Assembly (NCBI GenBank): GCA_038134595.1
Contig: JAYPVM010000002.1
Span: forward strand, 228,119 to 292,118
Direction: 5' to 3'
Origin: Pseudomonadota bacterium
GTDB lineage: Bacteria; Bdellovibrionota_C; UBA2361; OMII01
Length of the DNA stretch: 64,000 nt
This document shows, piece after piece, positions 49,396 to 59,833 of this stretch. A program made the position numbers and the translations under genes. Below the pieces are notes generated by a model. That model did no database searches, was not told where the DNA came from, and saw only the letters and a program-made list of their open reading frames with translations. Position 1 is the stretch's first letter; every line of letters starts with the position of its first letter.

Positions 49396-51591
49396 CTACG
49401 CCGTAGTATCAGCTGAGCTGTATGCTTTGAGAGAGTCACGTACAACCTTTTGAAGCTCTGTTGGTGTTCGCTCGGGATATGTTAGATTGAGTGTCCGACC
49501 TGAAAATGGGGGCTCAACGTGACCATTAATACTCATTTTCAAATAAAAATTTCGAAGAGCCAAGTTTACAAGATCGCCGGCGTCAAAGACCGGGGAAAAT
49601 TCCTCCTCGATAGCCTTCGCGTCATCAGCACCGACTCGAAAAGAGAGGAGATTGGCTATATTTCCGAAGATAGTCTGTCGAATAGAACTTGGGAGTTGAC
49701 TGAGGTATTGATTGGCAAACGTGAGGCTCAGATTATACTTTCGAGCCTCGCTTAATATCTCGCCAAATGATTCGGTAGCAAAATTTTGAAATTCATCAAC
49801 ATACAGGTAGAAATCTTGACGGTCCTCGGAGGGGATATCGGCCCTCGACATTGCTGCCTCATATATCTTCCATATCAGCATCGATCCAAGAAGACTCGCA
49901 TTATCTGAACCTAGATGCCCCTTAGAGACCTTAAGAAGCACTATTTTTTGGTGGTCCATGAAATTTCTAAAGTCAAATAAATTCTTCGTAGAGCTAAAGA
50001 TCTCACGCATGCTTTCGGTCGCTAGCAATTCGTCAAGCTTGTTGAGAAGGCGGGACATAGGGCCCTCTTCAAATTCTTTGCGACGCTGGGTATAATCTCG
50101 AAGCCAAAATCTCTTCACAGACTCGTCCTTAGCCTGCCGAATTATAGTCATTCTAAATTCATCCTCGGCAAGCATGCGTCGAAGGTTTACAAGGCTACAT
50201 TCGTTCGAGCTTAGAAGACCCAGTACTGCGTATCGTAAGATATGATCCATCTTCTCACTCCAGTCAGCGCCAAAGATACGCTTGAAGGAATCTAAGAAGC
50301 TCATCGTAACGCGGAGCTTTAGTTCGGGTCTCACGGGCGCCATGGGGTTAAATTGTGGTGCGTACCCGTCTTGAGATGGATCGAAGAGGACTACATCCTT
50401 TGCTCTCTCTGGCGGGATGAGGCGAAGGATTTCATCTATAAGGTCACCGTGGGGATCGAGCACAGCGCAACCGTAGCCTTTCTCGATATCATTCTTTACG
50501 AGCAGCTGCAGAAGGCACGATTTGCCGGTACCGGATTTACCAAGAACGTAGAGGTGTCGCCGACGGTCGAGTCGGCTAATGCCAAAGTCTATTTCATGGT
50601 CGCGGTAGTTCGTATGTGCAAAATTGCCGGTGTGTGGGTCGGTCTCAGCTTTCGGCAAGGCTGGTGGAGCCGGAGCTCTTTTTGAAAGCACCTGCGCGGT
50701 ATTGGTTAGTTCGCCTAACGTGGGCGGGTGGTATAGGGTCGTTAGTTCCGCTGACGAGAGGCGATATGGCTTCCTAAACTTACGTTCACGAACAGCAGTT
50801 TTAAATTGAGAGTCGGTGCGAATCGGGGTGGCACGAATTGAGTTGGAGTGTGGCAAGTCGTAGCACTTCATCGTATCGACAATCGATTCGACATGCCTTC
50901 GAACCCGGCGCTGACTTGCCCTGACAAGGTCAGTATCGGAACCCTTTGGTAGACTTGTGAAGCTTGAGATTCGGTGGGTAACCCAAAAGAGTTGAGAGGA
51001 GCATTTAGTTTTGGCCAGGGCTTTGGTGTCTACGTCTAAGTCTTTGGTGAAGAGTTTTTTCAAATAAAACAGATCCCGGATCCGCGCGTTGGCCCTAGCG
51101 TTTGCTAGGCCTAGCTGACTTGAAAATGAGTGCTTGATAGGACGGACAATTAACTGCACCAAAGCACAATCTTCGGCAGGGATAGTCTGTAGGGCCATGA
51201 TTAGGGGAATAAGTGTGTTGGTTTTGAATGTGTTATAATCCTGAAGAGGATAGATGTCTGGTCTGGTAAGCCTGAGATCGGCGCCAGCAAATGCAGTATG
51301 GCTGGTAAGCTTGTCAGTGTAGTCATCGATATCAAATACCTGACTGTTTCCCATCCACGAGTATACGCCGGTTGCAAGAACGTCGATCATCTCATCCTCG
51401 CCCGCCATGCAGAAATAAATATTCCTATCCTGGGTAAAGATTTCTAGGGAGAAAGGCTCCCATATCGACTCTGCGAGTTCTCGGAGTTGGTGTTCGAAGA
51501 ATGTGCTGTTGAAAAGCATATACTTCGTCAAATAGAAGGCCCCCCCGACTGGTAAGGAATTTTTAGGAATATGGATGCAGATTACTCTCAT
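49396..51591 (-). CDS. VirD4/TraG-like (HerA/FtsK superfamily) ATPase
   Basis: DRRRHLYVLGKSGTGKS, LDPHGDL, YVDEFQNF, SEARKY, ANQY. Confidence 0.88.
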   Translation of the reverse strand: MRVICIHIPKNSLPVGGAFYLTKYMLFNSTFFEHQLRELAESIWEPFSLEIFTQDRNIYFCMAGEDEMIDVLATGVYSWMGNSQVFDIDDYTDKLTSHTAFAGADLRLTRPDIYPLQDYNTFKTNTLIPLIMALQTIPAEDCALVQLIVRPIKHSFSSQLGLANARANARIRDLFYLKKLFTKDLDVDTKALAKTKCSSQLFWVTHRISSFTSLPKGSDTDLVRASQRRVRRHVESIVDTMKCYDLPHSNSIRATPIRTDSQFKTAVRERKFRKPYRLSSAELTTLYHPPTLGELTNTAQVLSKRAPAPPALPKAETDPHTGNFAHTNYRDHEIDFGISRLDRRRHLYVLGKSGTGKSCLLQLLVKNDIEKGYGCAVLDPHGDLIDEILRLIPPERAKDVVLFDPSQDGYAPQFNPMAPVRPELKLRVTMSFLDSFKRIFGADWSEKMDHILRYAVLGLLSSNECSLVNLRRMLAEDEFRMTIIRQAKDESVKRFWLRDYTQRRKEFEEGPMSRLLNKLDELLATESMREIFSSTKNLFDFRNFMDHQKIVLLKVSKGHLGSDNASLLGSMLIWKIYEAAMSRADIPSEDRQDFYLYVDEFQNFATESFGEILSEARKYNLSLTFANQYLSQLPSSIRQTIFGNIANLLSFRVGADDAKAIEEEFSPVFDAGDLVNLALRNFYLKMSINGHVEPPFSGRTLNLTYPERTPTELQKVVRDSLKAYSSADTTA

Positions 51592-51711
51592 GGCCCCCGT
51601 CTGCTAAAGCTCGATTGATAAAGCCGTCTGAGCAATAGTATAGTGTATATTCAATTCCTTAAGCGACCCTCCAATTGAGAATCCTCTTACTACCCTATAA
51701 GACAGTAGTTT

Positions 51712-52809
51712 TTAGCGCACATTTGTGCGTCTACGGTCGCTGATAATAGATTGTAGCACGTCAAATGTGTCGTTTATCGACCTTTCTAGGGAGAATCTAG
51801 AACGAATCCTCTCCTGGCCCTTTTTACCGAGCTCGGTTCGGCGGGCCTCGTCTCTCCACATGGAGACGATAGCCGCGGCTAGTTCTGGAGGATTGCAGGG
51901 TTCTACCAAGCAGCCGGCGGAACCGCCGTCCACAAGTTCAGGCATTCCCCCAACTGCTGTTACGAGAGCAGGAACGCCTTGGGCCATTGCCTCGATCACT
52001 GATTTAGGAAACCCCTCTCGTGACTTTGAAGCCATTACCGTAACATCCATCAACTGAGCTAGTGTAGCCGCATCATCTCGAAAGCCAGTTAGGTGTATTC
52101 TGGTCGGATCGGGGAATGCATCGATGGCAGTTTGAATCGATTTATCTTTGATGGTGCCTACTAAAAGCAGGTGTAGATTCGGCAGCTCTTTAAGAGCCAA
52201 CTTACAGGCTTCGATTAAATCGTCTACGCCCTTTACTCTTCGCATGACAGCAGTACAACCTACGACAAATGCATTTTTCGGGATGTTAAGCGTTTGTCGA
52301 CTTTCTACGCAGCTATCTTGATACCAGTCTAGATTGTGGCCCTTGTAGACAGTAACGAGTTTATGGGCCGAAACTCCCAAGCTAGACAGATAGTGGCGCA
52401 CGGCATCGGAAACGCAAAAAATCTTGGCGACTCTTGGGTTAAGATACGTTAACCAAGACGTAGGATCGAACCAACTTAGGTGACCGACCGTTCCTCGATA
52501 AGCGATGACCGCGACGCTTTTCGGAATCCGAGCGCAGATCGTAGTGGAAAGTGTTCTATTTGTTAGAGCATAGATGATGTCGGGCTGATTCGCCTCCACG
52601 TAGGTGCGTATTTTCTTCATGCCCTCCCGGTCAAATCGACTTTTGAAGGAATAATGGTCGATTGTTATGTTTTCTGCGCGGAGAGTCTTCGCATGCTCCG
52701 GAGCTGGGTCTCCTATCACGTGAATCGACGCGCCTCGGCTTGCAAGACCCGCAAAGATACCGGCTTCTGGCCGATCCATTGTTGTTGTTAGAGCAAGAAT
52801 TTTCATCAA
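51712..52809 (-). CDS. Glycosyltransferase family 4
   Basis: RVKG, REGFPKSVIEAMAQG, VGGMPE. Confidence 0.9.
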   Translation of the reverse strand: MMKILALTTTMDRPEAGIFAGLASRGASIHVIGDPAPEHAKTLRAENITIDHYSFKSRFDREGMKKIRTYVEANQPDIIYALTNRTLSTTICARIPKSVAVIAYRGTVGHLSWFDPTSWLTYLNPRVAKIFCVSDAVRHYLSSLGVSAHKLVTVYKGHNLDWYQDSCVESRQTLNIPKNAFVVGCTAVMRRVKGVDDLIEACKLALKELPNLHLLLVGTIKDKSIQTAIDAFPDPTRIHLTGFRDDAATLAQLMDVTVMASKSREGFPKSVIEAMAQGVPALVTAVGGMPELVDGGSAGCLVEPCNPPELAAAIVSMWRDEARRTELGKKGQERIRSRFSLERSINDTFDVLQSIISDRRRTNVR

Positions 52810-52984
52810 ACAACTCCCCCTGTTTTCACTACTGCCCTCTTGGCCCTCCGACCCTTTTTTGGACTAGCCTAGCGAAAACCAAAGAAATACGCCACCCAAG
52901 AGTACTTAAAAGAGACTTGCCTGCACACGAGAACTAACATAATGAACATTCCTCAGGCCCGGTTTGACCTTATTTGTGGTTGCG

Positions 52985-53398
52985 CTAGTTTTTCGCTCTG
53001 TACACCTCAAAATATGGTGGGCAGGGCGCACCTCGCTTCGGAGAGATATATTTTTGCAAACCAGATGCGGTCTTCGCTCCGACTCCTTTAATAGATTCCA
53101 ACCAAACCGGAAAGGAGGGTTTGTGTGAAGCCCCTAGCTTGGAGGACCATGATAAACGTTTTGAGACTAAGGTGCGCTTGATGCGAAACGAAACGTTTGG
53201 TAGTAGCGAAACTGAATAGGGGCTTAGGCAGTGAAGCGGGAGAGGTCGTCCAGTCGCAAAATAGGTTTCAGCGGTGAGTGCACTAGAGATAGTCCTATCG
53301 CTAGGCGTTCCTGTTTCGGGGATGGAAAAGTTAATCACCCAGACGACAAGGTGTACGCTTAGAAATATGGATGAGAAGCCAATGTATCGCCAGTTCAT
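52985..53398 (-). CDS. Membrane-anchored helix-hairpin-helix (ComEA-like) protein
   Basis: N-terminal TM segment; SLLPNVS and LESIKGVGAKTA HhH-like motifs. Confidence 0.55.
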   Translation of the reverse strand: MNWRYIGFSSIFLSVHLVVWVINFSIPETGTPSDRTISSALTAETYFATGRPLPLHCLSPYSVSLLPNVSFRIKRTLVSKRLSWSSKLGASHKPSFPVWLESIKGVGAKTASGLQKYISPKRGAPCPPYFEVYRAKN

Positions 53399-53473
53399 AG
53401 TTTATTATCGAATCTTCGAGAAGCGAAGTTTCCTCAATTTAAACTAACGCTGATAACGGAGGTGCGCCCATCC

Positions 53474-53773
53474 TCAAGCGATACGGGAATATGGAGTTCT
53501 TTTCTTGTCCGGCTCGCGACCGGTTTGATCTTCTTGGTGTTCGTCTTCCTCCAGGTGCTCGAAGGTGCCCTCGGCCCGTTTTTCCTGCTGAACTGATCTT
53601 TTTTTTCCATCGCGAACCTTGCTCGAGGATGTAGCCGCCCTCGCCTGATTTTGGGAGGTTTGGATTCCTCCTTCCTCGGAACTCTTTGCTGCTTGAGCTA
53701 TGGATGCGGCGTGGTGACCAGTCGTCAGAGGGACACCGGCTACGCCGATACTTTGGGTTGTAAGCGTGGGCAT
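53474..53773 (-). CDS. Small hypothetical protein
   Basis: ORF with low-complexity, charged composition filling the intergenic gap. Confidence 0.55.
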   Translation of the reverse strand: MPTLTTQSIGVAGVPLTTGHHAASIAQAAKSSEEGGIQTSQNQARAATSSSKVRDGKKRSVQQEKRAEGTFEHLEEDEHQEDQTGREPDKKRTPYSRIA

Positions 53774-53918
53774 AACTACACCCTATAAGCGCACCAACTG
53801 GCTGTAAGGGACTTAGCTTTGACCTGACTCCAGCTACTTATGCGGCATGATATCTAACCAACCCCACCTTAGTGGAGTTCGGTCAATAGATATGAGAGCA
53901 TAAGGGTCTGGAGCTATT

Positions 53919-55088
53919 ATGATTATAGATTTAGATGCAAATGCGACATTAACACCAAGCAGCGCTCTTAAAAGAAGGTTGTTTCTAGATGAGGGGATTG
54001 CTGGAAATCCCAGCGCAGTCCATCAGTTGGGACAGCGTACGAGAGCTCTGGTGGAGAGAACGCGCCGCTCAATACGAGATTTCATGAGGCTTAGTTCTGA
54101 GTACCAGATAATTTTCACATCTGGCGCTACAGAAGCAAACAATCTTGCTGTGCATAACGGAAAAGCACAAGGGGGAACGCTTTTGGCTAGCAGCATTGAG
54201 CATCCCTGTATATTAGAGCCGATGTTAAAAATTAAGCGTCTGGGTGAGCGCGAAGTGGTTTTTATACACCCCGAAGCAAGTGGTGCGATTTCTACAGGGT
54301 CTGTTCTCGCAGCGCTAGATGCTGACTGCTCTTTTGTTTCAATAATGCTTGCAAATAACGAGACGGGCGTTGTTAACGATGTTGCTGAGATATCGAGAGC
54401 CATACGTGCGCGGTACCCAGGAGTGATAATTCACACTGACGCAAGCCAGGTGCTTGGTCGCCTGGAAGTGGACTTCCCCAATTTGGCCGTGGATATGATA
54501 ACTATTTCTGGCCATAAATTTGGCGCGTTCACCGGGATCGGAGCGCTCATTGCGAGACCTGGTTTTTCGGTGTCTCCGCTAATTGTCGGTGGTTCTCAGG
54601 AAAGCAAATTAAGAGGTGGGACAGAAAACGTCACTGGAATCCTGTCGATGGGGCTTGCCGTGGAGGAGTTGCAGGATTCAGGAAACGAGCGGATTCGGAG
54701 GTCGGAAGAGCTTCGCGACCGCTTTGAGACAGAGATCCTACCCCTTCTCGGAGGGATTTCGATTCAAGGTAAGAATTCTGTCCGTCTCGCTAATACGAGT
54801 AATGTATCGATACATGGTGTGCGGGCTGATGACCTCGTTGTGGCGCTAGACTTGGAAGGGATTTTGATTTCAACAGGGGCTGCATGTTCATCTGGGAAGA
54901 TCGATCCATCTCATGTGCTGTTGGCAATGGGCCTATCTGAGGAGCAGGCGAGGTCAACAATAAGGGTAAGTTTTAGAGGCGATGAGTCGCCAGAGGTGCT
55001 GTGTAAACTGGCGGAGACAATGCCCCGCCTTGTCAAAACAATGCGTGGCGGTATTATTCGGGAGGCAATGACAAATGGTAATGTCTAA
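53919..55088 (+). CDS. iscS: Cysteine desulfurase (IscS/NifS group I)
   Basis: DANAT, FTSGATE, NNETG, SGHKFG, GAACSS. Confidence 0.92.
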   Translation: MIIDLDANATLTPSSALKRRLFLDEGIAGNPSAVHQLGQRTRALVERTRRSIRDFMRLSSEYQIIFTSGATEANNLAVHNGKAQGGTLLASSIEHPCILEPMLKIKRLGEREVVFIHPEASGAISTGSVLAALDADCSFVSIMLANNETGVVNDVAEISRAIRARYPGVIIHTDASQVLGRLEVDFPNLAVDMITISGHKFGAFTGIGALIARPGFSVSPLIVGGSQESKLRGGTENVTGILSMGLAVEELQDSGNERIRRSEELRDRFETEILPLLGGISIQGKNSVRLANTSNVSIHGVRADDLVVALDLEGILISTGAACSSGKIDPSHVLLAMGLSEEQARSTIRVSFRGDESPEVLCKLAETMPRLVKTMRGGIIREAMTNGNV

Positions 55089-56211
55089 CGGTAAGGGATC
55101 AGTGGTAGTGGCAATGTCGGGCGGCGTTGATTCTTCGGTGGCCGCACATTTGTTAAATGATCAGGGATACTCGCTCGTCGGTGTTTCGATGCAGGTGTGG
55201 GATTACAAGAGAAATTGCGGTTCTGGCTCGAAAGCTACCTGTTGTTCGCCGGCGGATTTCTGTGACGCACGGATGGTTGCGTCTGCACTTAAATTCCCCT
55301 TTTATGTGGTCGATTTTGAGAAAACCTTTCAGCAGGAGGTTATCGATCGGTTTGTTGATACCTATAAACGGGGGCTAACGCCTAATCCGTGCATCGATTG
55401 CAATACCAAGGTGAAATTTAGAGCGCTCCGTGACAGAGCGAAAAGTTTTGGCTGCGATTACGTTGCAACCGGTCACTACGCACGGGTAAAAAAGAGCAAT
55501 AGTGGATATCATCTACTTCGGGGCAGAGATAGGGATAAGGACCAGAGCTACTTTCTCTATACGATTGAACAAGACGAGCTGGCAGAGACCCTTTTTCCCG
55601 TCGGTGACTTTACTAAGAGTGAGATAAGAGCTCTAGCATCAGACGTCGGTTTGGTAACCGCACAGAAACCTGAGAGTCAGGATATCTGCTTTGTATCCGG
55701 AAGTATTTCCGATTTTCTTGTAAATATCGGTGGGGCGACGCGGAAAACAGGGGATTTTGTCACATCAAAGGGCGTTAAGATTGGGGAGCATTCTGGAGTT
55801 CACCAGTTTACGGTGGGTCAACGGCGTGGCCTCGATATAGGAGGCTCATCAGAGCCTCTTTACGTGATAGCGATTGACGCCACTAGCAACACGGTTGTTG
55901 TGGGTGGCCGAGACGAGCTTGAGCAATCAGAATTTGGTGTTGAGGCTATACACCTCGTTTCTCCCGAATTGAGAGTGCGGATAGCCAAGGAGGAGGTTTT
56001 CGAGATAGATGTTGTTGTTCAAGTGCGGTCTCGCCATGGTGGGTCACCTGCTCGGGTACGCTTCGACGCGTCGAGGCGTGAGGCTGTTGTAATGTGGAAA
56101 AAAGATTGGGCCCCAGCGTCACCCGGACAAGCAGCAGTGTTCTTCGATGAAAGCAATGAGGAGCTTTTGGGTGGAGGAAGAATTAAGGGCGCACTACTCC
56201 AAAAGCACTAG
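55075..56211 (+). CDS. mnmA: tRNA 2-thiouridine(34) synthase
   Basis: AMSGGVDS, TPNPCIDCN, ATGHY, KDQSYFL, ESQDICF, PGQAAVF. Confidence 0.96.
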   Translation: MVMSNGKGSVVVAMSGGVDSSVAAHLLNDQGYSLVGVSMQVWDYKRNCGSGSKATCCSPADFCDARMVASALKFPFYVVDFEKTFQQEVIDRFVDTYKRGLTPNPCIDCNTKVKFRALRDRAKSFGCDYVATGHYARVKKSNSGYHLLRGRDRDKDQSYFLYTIEQDELAETLFPVGDFTKSEIRALASDVGLVTAQKPESQDICFVSGSISDFLVNIGGATRKTGDFVTSKGVKIGEHSGVHQFTVGQRRGLDIGGSSEPLYVIAIDATSNTVVVGGRDELEQSEFGVEAIHLVSPELRVRIAKEEVFEIDVVVQVRSRHGGSPARVRFDASRREAVVMWKKDWAPASPGQAAVFFDESNEELLGGGRIKGALLQKH

Positions 56212-56442
56212 GTCGAGCCTAAGCCCCTGACAATACGGCATATTAATACTCCTACTAGATTTGAATATCTCTTGGGTTCTGTTACAATCACTGTAACCTT
56301 CATTCACTAAAAGATTTTCCGTGAAATATGGGAGTTTAGTGGTGATCTTTTCGTGAGTGGGGGCTTACCGTAGACACTAAACGGAAGGGTTCGGCAGTAG
56401 GGGCCGCTCTTCCAATTGGCTAGTTTAAGCGAAGGTGAGTCC

Positions 56443-57264
56443 ATGTCTAAAGAGAATAAGCCCATTCCAGAAAGTGCCAACGACAGGCTAAGTGCCTGCG
56501 TCGGTCTTGCCGTGGCATCGGGCGAAGATTTAATTCAGGTCGAAGAGATTCTAACGTATACCTTCAAGGATCGGAAGTGGCTTGATAGGGCCCTGACTCA
56601 TCGCTCTGTGCTCCGTTTCGGAAATGGCTCCGATTACGAGCGATTAGAATTTCTCGGTGATGCAGTCTTCGATCTCGTTGTAGCAGACCTGCTGCTAAGT
56701 AGTCATCCCAATCTACGGGAGGGCGACCTTTCTAAAATGCGCGCAGCTCTCGTAAATACCGAATCTCTAGCTGAGATTGCTCGACAAAAATCGCTTGGCG
56801 GTTTTATCCGGATGAGCAAAGGGGAGCGAGCTAGTGGTGCTCAAGATCGTTCTTCTATTCTAGCAGATATTGTCGAAGCGATTGTTGGAGCGGTGTTTAG
56901 GGATGGAGGGTATGAAGCAGCAGCTCGCTGTGTGAGGCTTTTGATTGGGCAAAGAGTTCTAACCGTTACACCAAGGGACCCTAAAACTGAGCTGCAAGAG
57001 CGGCTACATTCACTCGGGACCGAAGCACCAATCTATAAGCTAGAGGCAGTTGAAGGCCCTGAGCATGCACCCACCTTTATCTCGATAGTCGAGATAGATG
57101 GCATTTGTAGAGGTCGAGGGCGCGGATCATCTAAGAAGTCTTCACATCAGGCTGCGGCCGAAGAGGCCCTCGCATACCTAAGTAGGGAATGCGGTAGCCA
57201 GTCAAGAGAGCGCGATAACGGCATAAAGGATAAGCCCGATTTACAAGGGGACGAAAATGAGTGA
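56443..57264 (+). CDS. rnc: Ribonuclease III
   Basis: ERLEFLGDAV; dsRBD DPKTELQE..GPEH. Confidence 0.96.
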   Translation: MSKENKPIPESANDRLSACVGLAVASGEDLIQVEEILTYTFKDRKWLDRALTHRSVLRFGNGSDYERLEFLGDAVFDLVVADLLLSSHPNLREGDLSKMRAALVNTESLAEIARQKSLGGFIRMSKGERASGAQDRSSILADIVEAIVGAVFRDGGYEAAARCVRLLIGQRVLTVTPRDPKTELQERLHSLGTEAPIYKLEAVEGPEHAPTFISIVEIDGICRGRGRGSSKKSSHQAAAEEALAYLSRECGSQSRERDNGIKDKPDLQGDENE

Positions 57265-58729
57265 ACACGGACACTATGACTTACCGGTTGTGTGTATTAT
57301 CGGCCGCACAAATGTTGGCAAGTCGACTCTTTTTAACGCGATAGCCGGCGGACGTCGGGCGGTCGTAAAGGATCAGCCGGGCGTTACTCGGGATCGATGT
57401 TATGAGGTCGTAAATCGACATCAGTTTCCATTTACACTAATCGACACTGGCGCACTCGTGGGGGAGGAGTCGATACCGCTTCATGAATCAGTACGGGAAC
57501 AAACCGAACTCGCGATTAAGCAAAGTGACCTTCTTTTGGTCGTGTTTGATGGACTTCATGGTCTTCATCCTCTCGACAGTGAAGTCCTCGGACTTGTTCG
57601 AGAGATGGGGAAGCCGACTCTCTTTGTTGCAAACAAGTGCGAGAAGCCCTCTGCGCAACTGACATCTACCGAGCTTTATGGACTTGGTGTTGATGAAATT
57701 ATACCAGTAAGCGCCGCGCATCGACGAGGTATACGTCATTTGATATCGCGAATCTTCGAAGAGTTACCGGAGCAGCGTCTACCAAGGGTAGAGACAGTAA
57801 GCGACGTTAGCGTTATAGGCTTAGCTGATGGCGGAGATCCTCATTCACCCGCTGAGGGCTCAGAGATACCGGAGCATTCCACCGACCAGGTTGAACAACC
57901 TGCTGTAAAGGTTGCCGTCGTTGGGAAGCCAAACGTCGGAAAGAGCACATTTGTAAATAGCCTTTTGGGAGAGGAACGTATGGTCACCTCACCCATTGCG
58001 GGCACAACACGAGATAGTATTCATAGCGAGCTTGAGCGTAACGGTGGCCGATATGAGCTCGTGGATACGGCAGGCTTGAGAAAAAAGGCATCCGTTAGGA
58101 CCGAAACGGTTGAGCGCTATAGTAATATTCGAACGCTTCGATCGCTTGCTCAATGTGATGTTGCGGTTTTTTTGTTGGATGCGGCCGAAGGTATTCCAAC
58201 GGAACAGGATGCAAAAATTATCGGTCTTGCTCACGAAAAAGGAAAGAGTATCGTTATCGTTGTCAACAAATGGGATCTGATAGAGAAAGATTCGAAGATG
58301 GCAGAGGCCTACAGGCGAGCGATCCGTAGGGAGTTTAAATTTGCAGCGTATGCGCCGGTTATATTCATCTCAGCCAAGACGGGGCTTAGATGTTTTTCGG
58401 TGCTCGATACTGTAAAGTCTATTTTTCACGGGGCGCAGCAAAGGCTGTCGACGTCAGAGGTAAACACCTTGTTCTCACAGGCCTTCAATCAGAAGCCACC
58501 GCCAGTTCATCGTGGAGCTCCAGTAAAGCTGTTATACGCTACTCAAGTAGCTACTCGCCCTCCGACGTTTGCGGTTTTTGTTAATTATCCCGAGCGATTA
58601 AGATTTAACTACGAGCGATATCTAAAAAATTGTGTTCGTAGGCGGATTGATTACACAGGTGTTGATGTGCGCATTCTATTTAGGAGAAGGAGTGGCGTCA
58701 CCAATAAGCGCCGTAAGGTTTCGATGTAA
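57257..58729 (+). CDS. der: Ribosome biogenesis GTPase Der/EngA
   Basis: Two GTPase domains (GRTNVGKS, GKPNVGKS), DTAG, NKWD. Confidence 0.96.
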   Translation: MSEHGHYDLPVVCIIGRTNVGKSTLFNAIAGGRRAVVKDQPGVTRDRCYEVVNRHQFPFTLIDTGALVGEESIPLHESVREQTELAIKQSDLLLVVFDGLHGLHPLDSEVLGLVREMGKPTLFVANKCEKPSAQLTSTELYGLGVDEIIPVSAAHRRGIRHLISRIFEELPEQRLPRVETVSDVSVIGLADGGDPHSPAEGSEIPEHSTDQVEQPAVKVAVVGKPNVGKSTFVNSLLGEERMVTSPIAGTTRDSIHSELERNGGRYELVDTAGLRKKASVRTETVERYSNIRTLRSLAQCDVAVFLLDAAEGIPTEQDAKIIGLAHEKGKSIVIVVNKWDLIEKDSKMAEAYRRAIRREFKFAAYAPVIFISAKTGLRCFSVLDTVKSIFHGAQQRLSTSEVNTLFSQAFNQKPPPVHRGAPVKLLYATQVATRPPTFAVFVNYPERLRFNYERYLKNCVRRRIDYTGVDVRILFRRRSGVTNKRRKVSM

Positions 58730-58744
58730 TCACGGCGACTATTC

Positions 58745-59707
58745 CTACAGAAGCGGAGATATTAGGCACGCCGGGTGCTGTTTTCCGTTCATTTCGATTT
58801 GTTTTGAGAGGGGTGAGATTTGTGTCACGTCCTTCGTGGCGATATCGAGGGTAATGACCTGATTTTGCTCTTTATCCGAAAACGATCTCAGGATTAACTG
58901 GCCTCGTAGCGGAGAGTTTTGAAGATTTGCTTCAAGAGCGTCACTAAGTAGTTTCGCTTTGAGGCCTGGGTTGTTTTCCTTTTGTACTATTTTCAATTGC
59001 TCATCTCTGATAAGTAAGGTGTTACGAGAGAGGCAGGTGTGATTCCTCTCGATGGACAATCCGATTGTTGGCCTCTGAACCGGCCTATTGTTCAGTAGCA
59101 AGGCCTTATCTCCAAGGGTATAGGGCTTTATTATGCTGGCGATTTTAGGATTTAGCTGATTTGCGGCTAGTATGGCAGACATCTCACCGGCTCCCCTGAT
59201 AACCTCCGTAATGCCGTAGAACCCAACGATTGCTTCCGTTTTGTCGGATGAGTCGTTGTGGATTAGGGTCAAGTAGGGATTAGAATTATCGATATCAATC
59301 CGCGTGTTGCCGGTTCTATCGAGCCAGAGTGTGAGATTCCCATGTACTTTGTAGCTGTGTTGGCCGATTCGTATCATGTGATACGGAGAATCTAACGAGG
59401 GGTTAAATTGGATAAATACGTGCCTACCTGAATCTAACGAAAGTTGAGCGGGATTGTATTCCTGAACTCCAATCGGCTCGTCTGCGAGGAAAAAAAAGAT
59501 CCCTTGTTCTCCCTCATTCTGGGAAACAATGGCCGAGAGGAGCCCGTCGGTACTCTGATACATTCCAGAACGAGGTTTAATAAGTTCTGCCTGCAACTCA
59601 TTTGAGAGACCAAAGCAAAGCACAGAGACCAGCACTAGGAGGATTCCCAGTTGTAATGACCACAGGCAGCTCACCCGAGGCGTTGCTTGTTCGTTATTTT
59701 CCCTCAT
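58745..59707 (-). CDS. Hypothetical exported protein
   Basis: N-terminal hydrophobic segment; 320 aa ORF. Confidence 0.7.
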   Translation of the reverse strand: MRENNEQATPRVSCLWSLQLGILLVLVSVLCFGLSNELQAELIKPRSGMYQSTDGLLSAIVSQNEGEQGIFFFLADEPIGVQEYNPAQLSLDSGRHVFIQFNPSLDSPYHMIRIGQHSYKVHGNLTLWLDRTGNTRIDIDNSNPYLTLIHNDSSDKTEAIVGFYGITEVIRGAGEMSAILAANQLNPKIASIIKPYTLGDKALLLNNRPVQRPTIGLSIERNHTCLSRNTLLIRDEQLKIVQKENNPGLKAKLLSDALEANLQNSPLRGQLILRSFSDKEQNQVITLDIATKDVTQISPLSKQIEMNGKQHPACLISPLL

Positions 59708-59833
59708 AATTATGGTAGTCGGTTAATATAATTGACAGCTTTAGCATTTCTTCCAGCACCCGATATTGCTCAAAGGTTATTGAACAACACTAGTTATTTT
59801 CCTATTGTAGCGACAGTTTTAGGCATCCGATGA

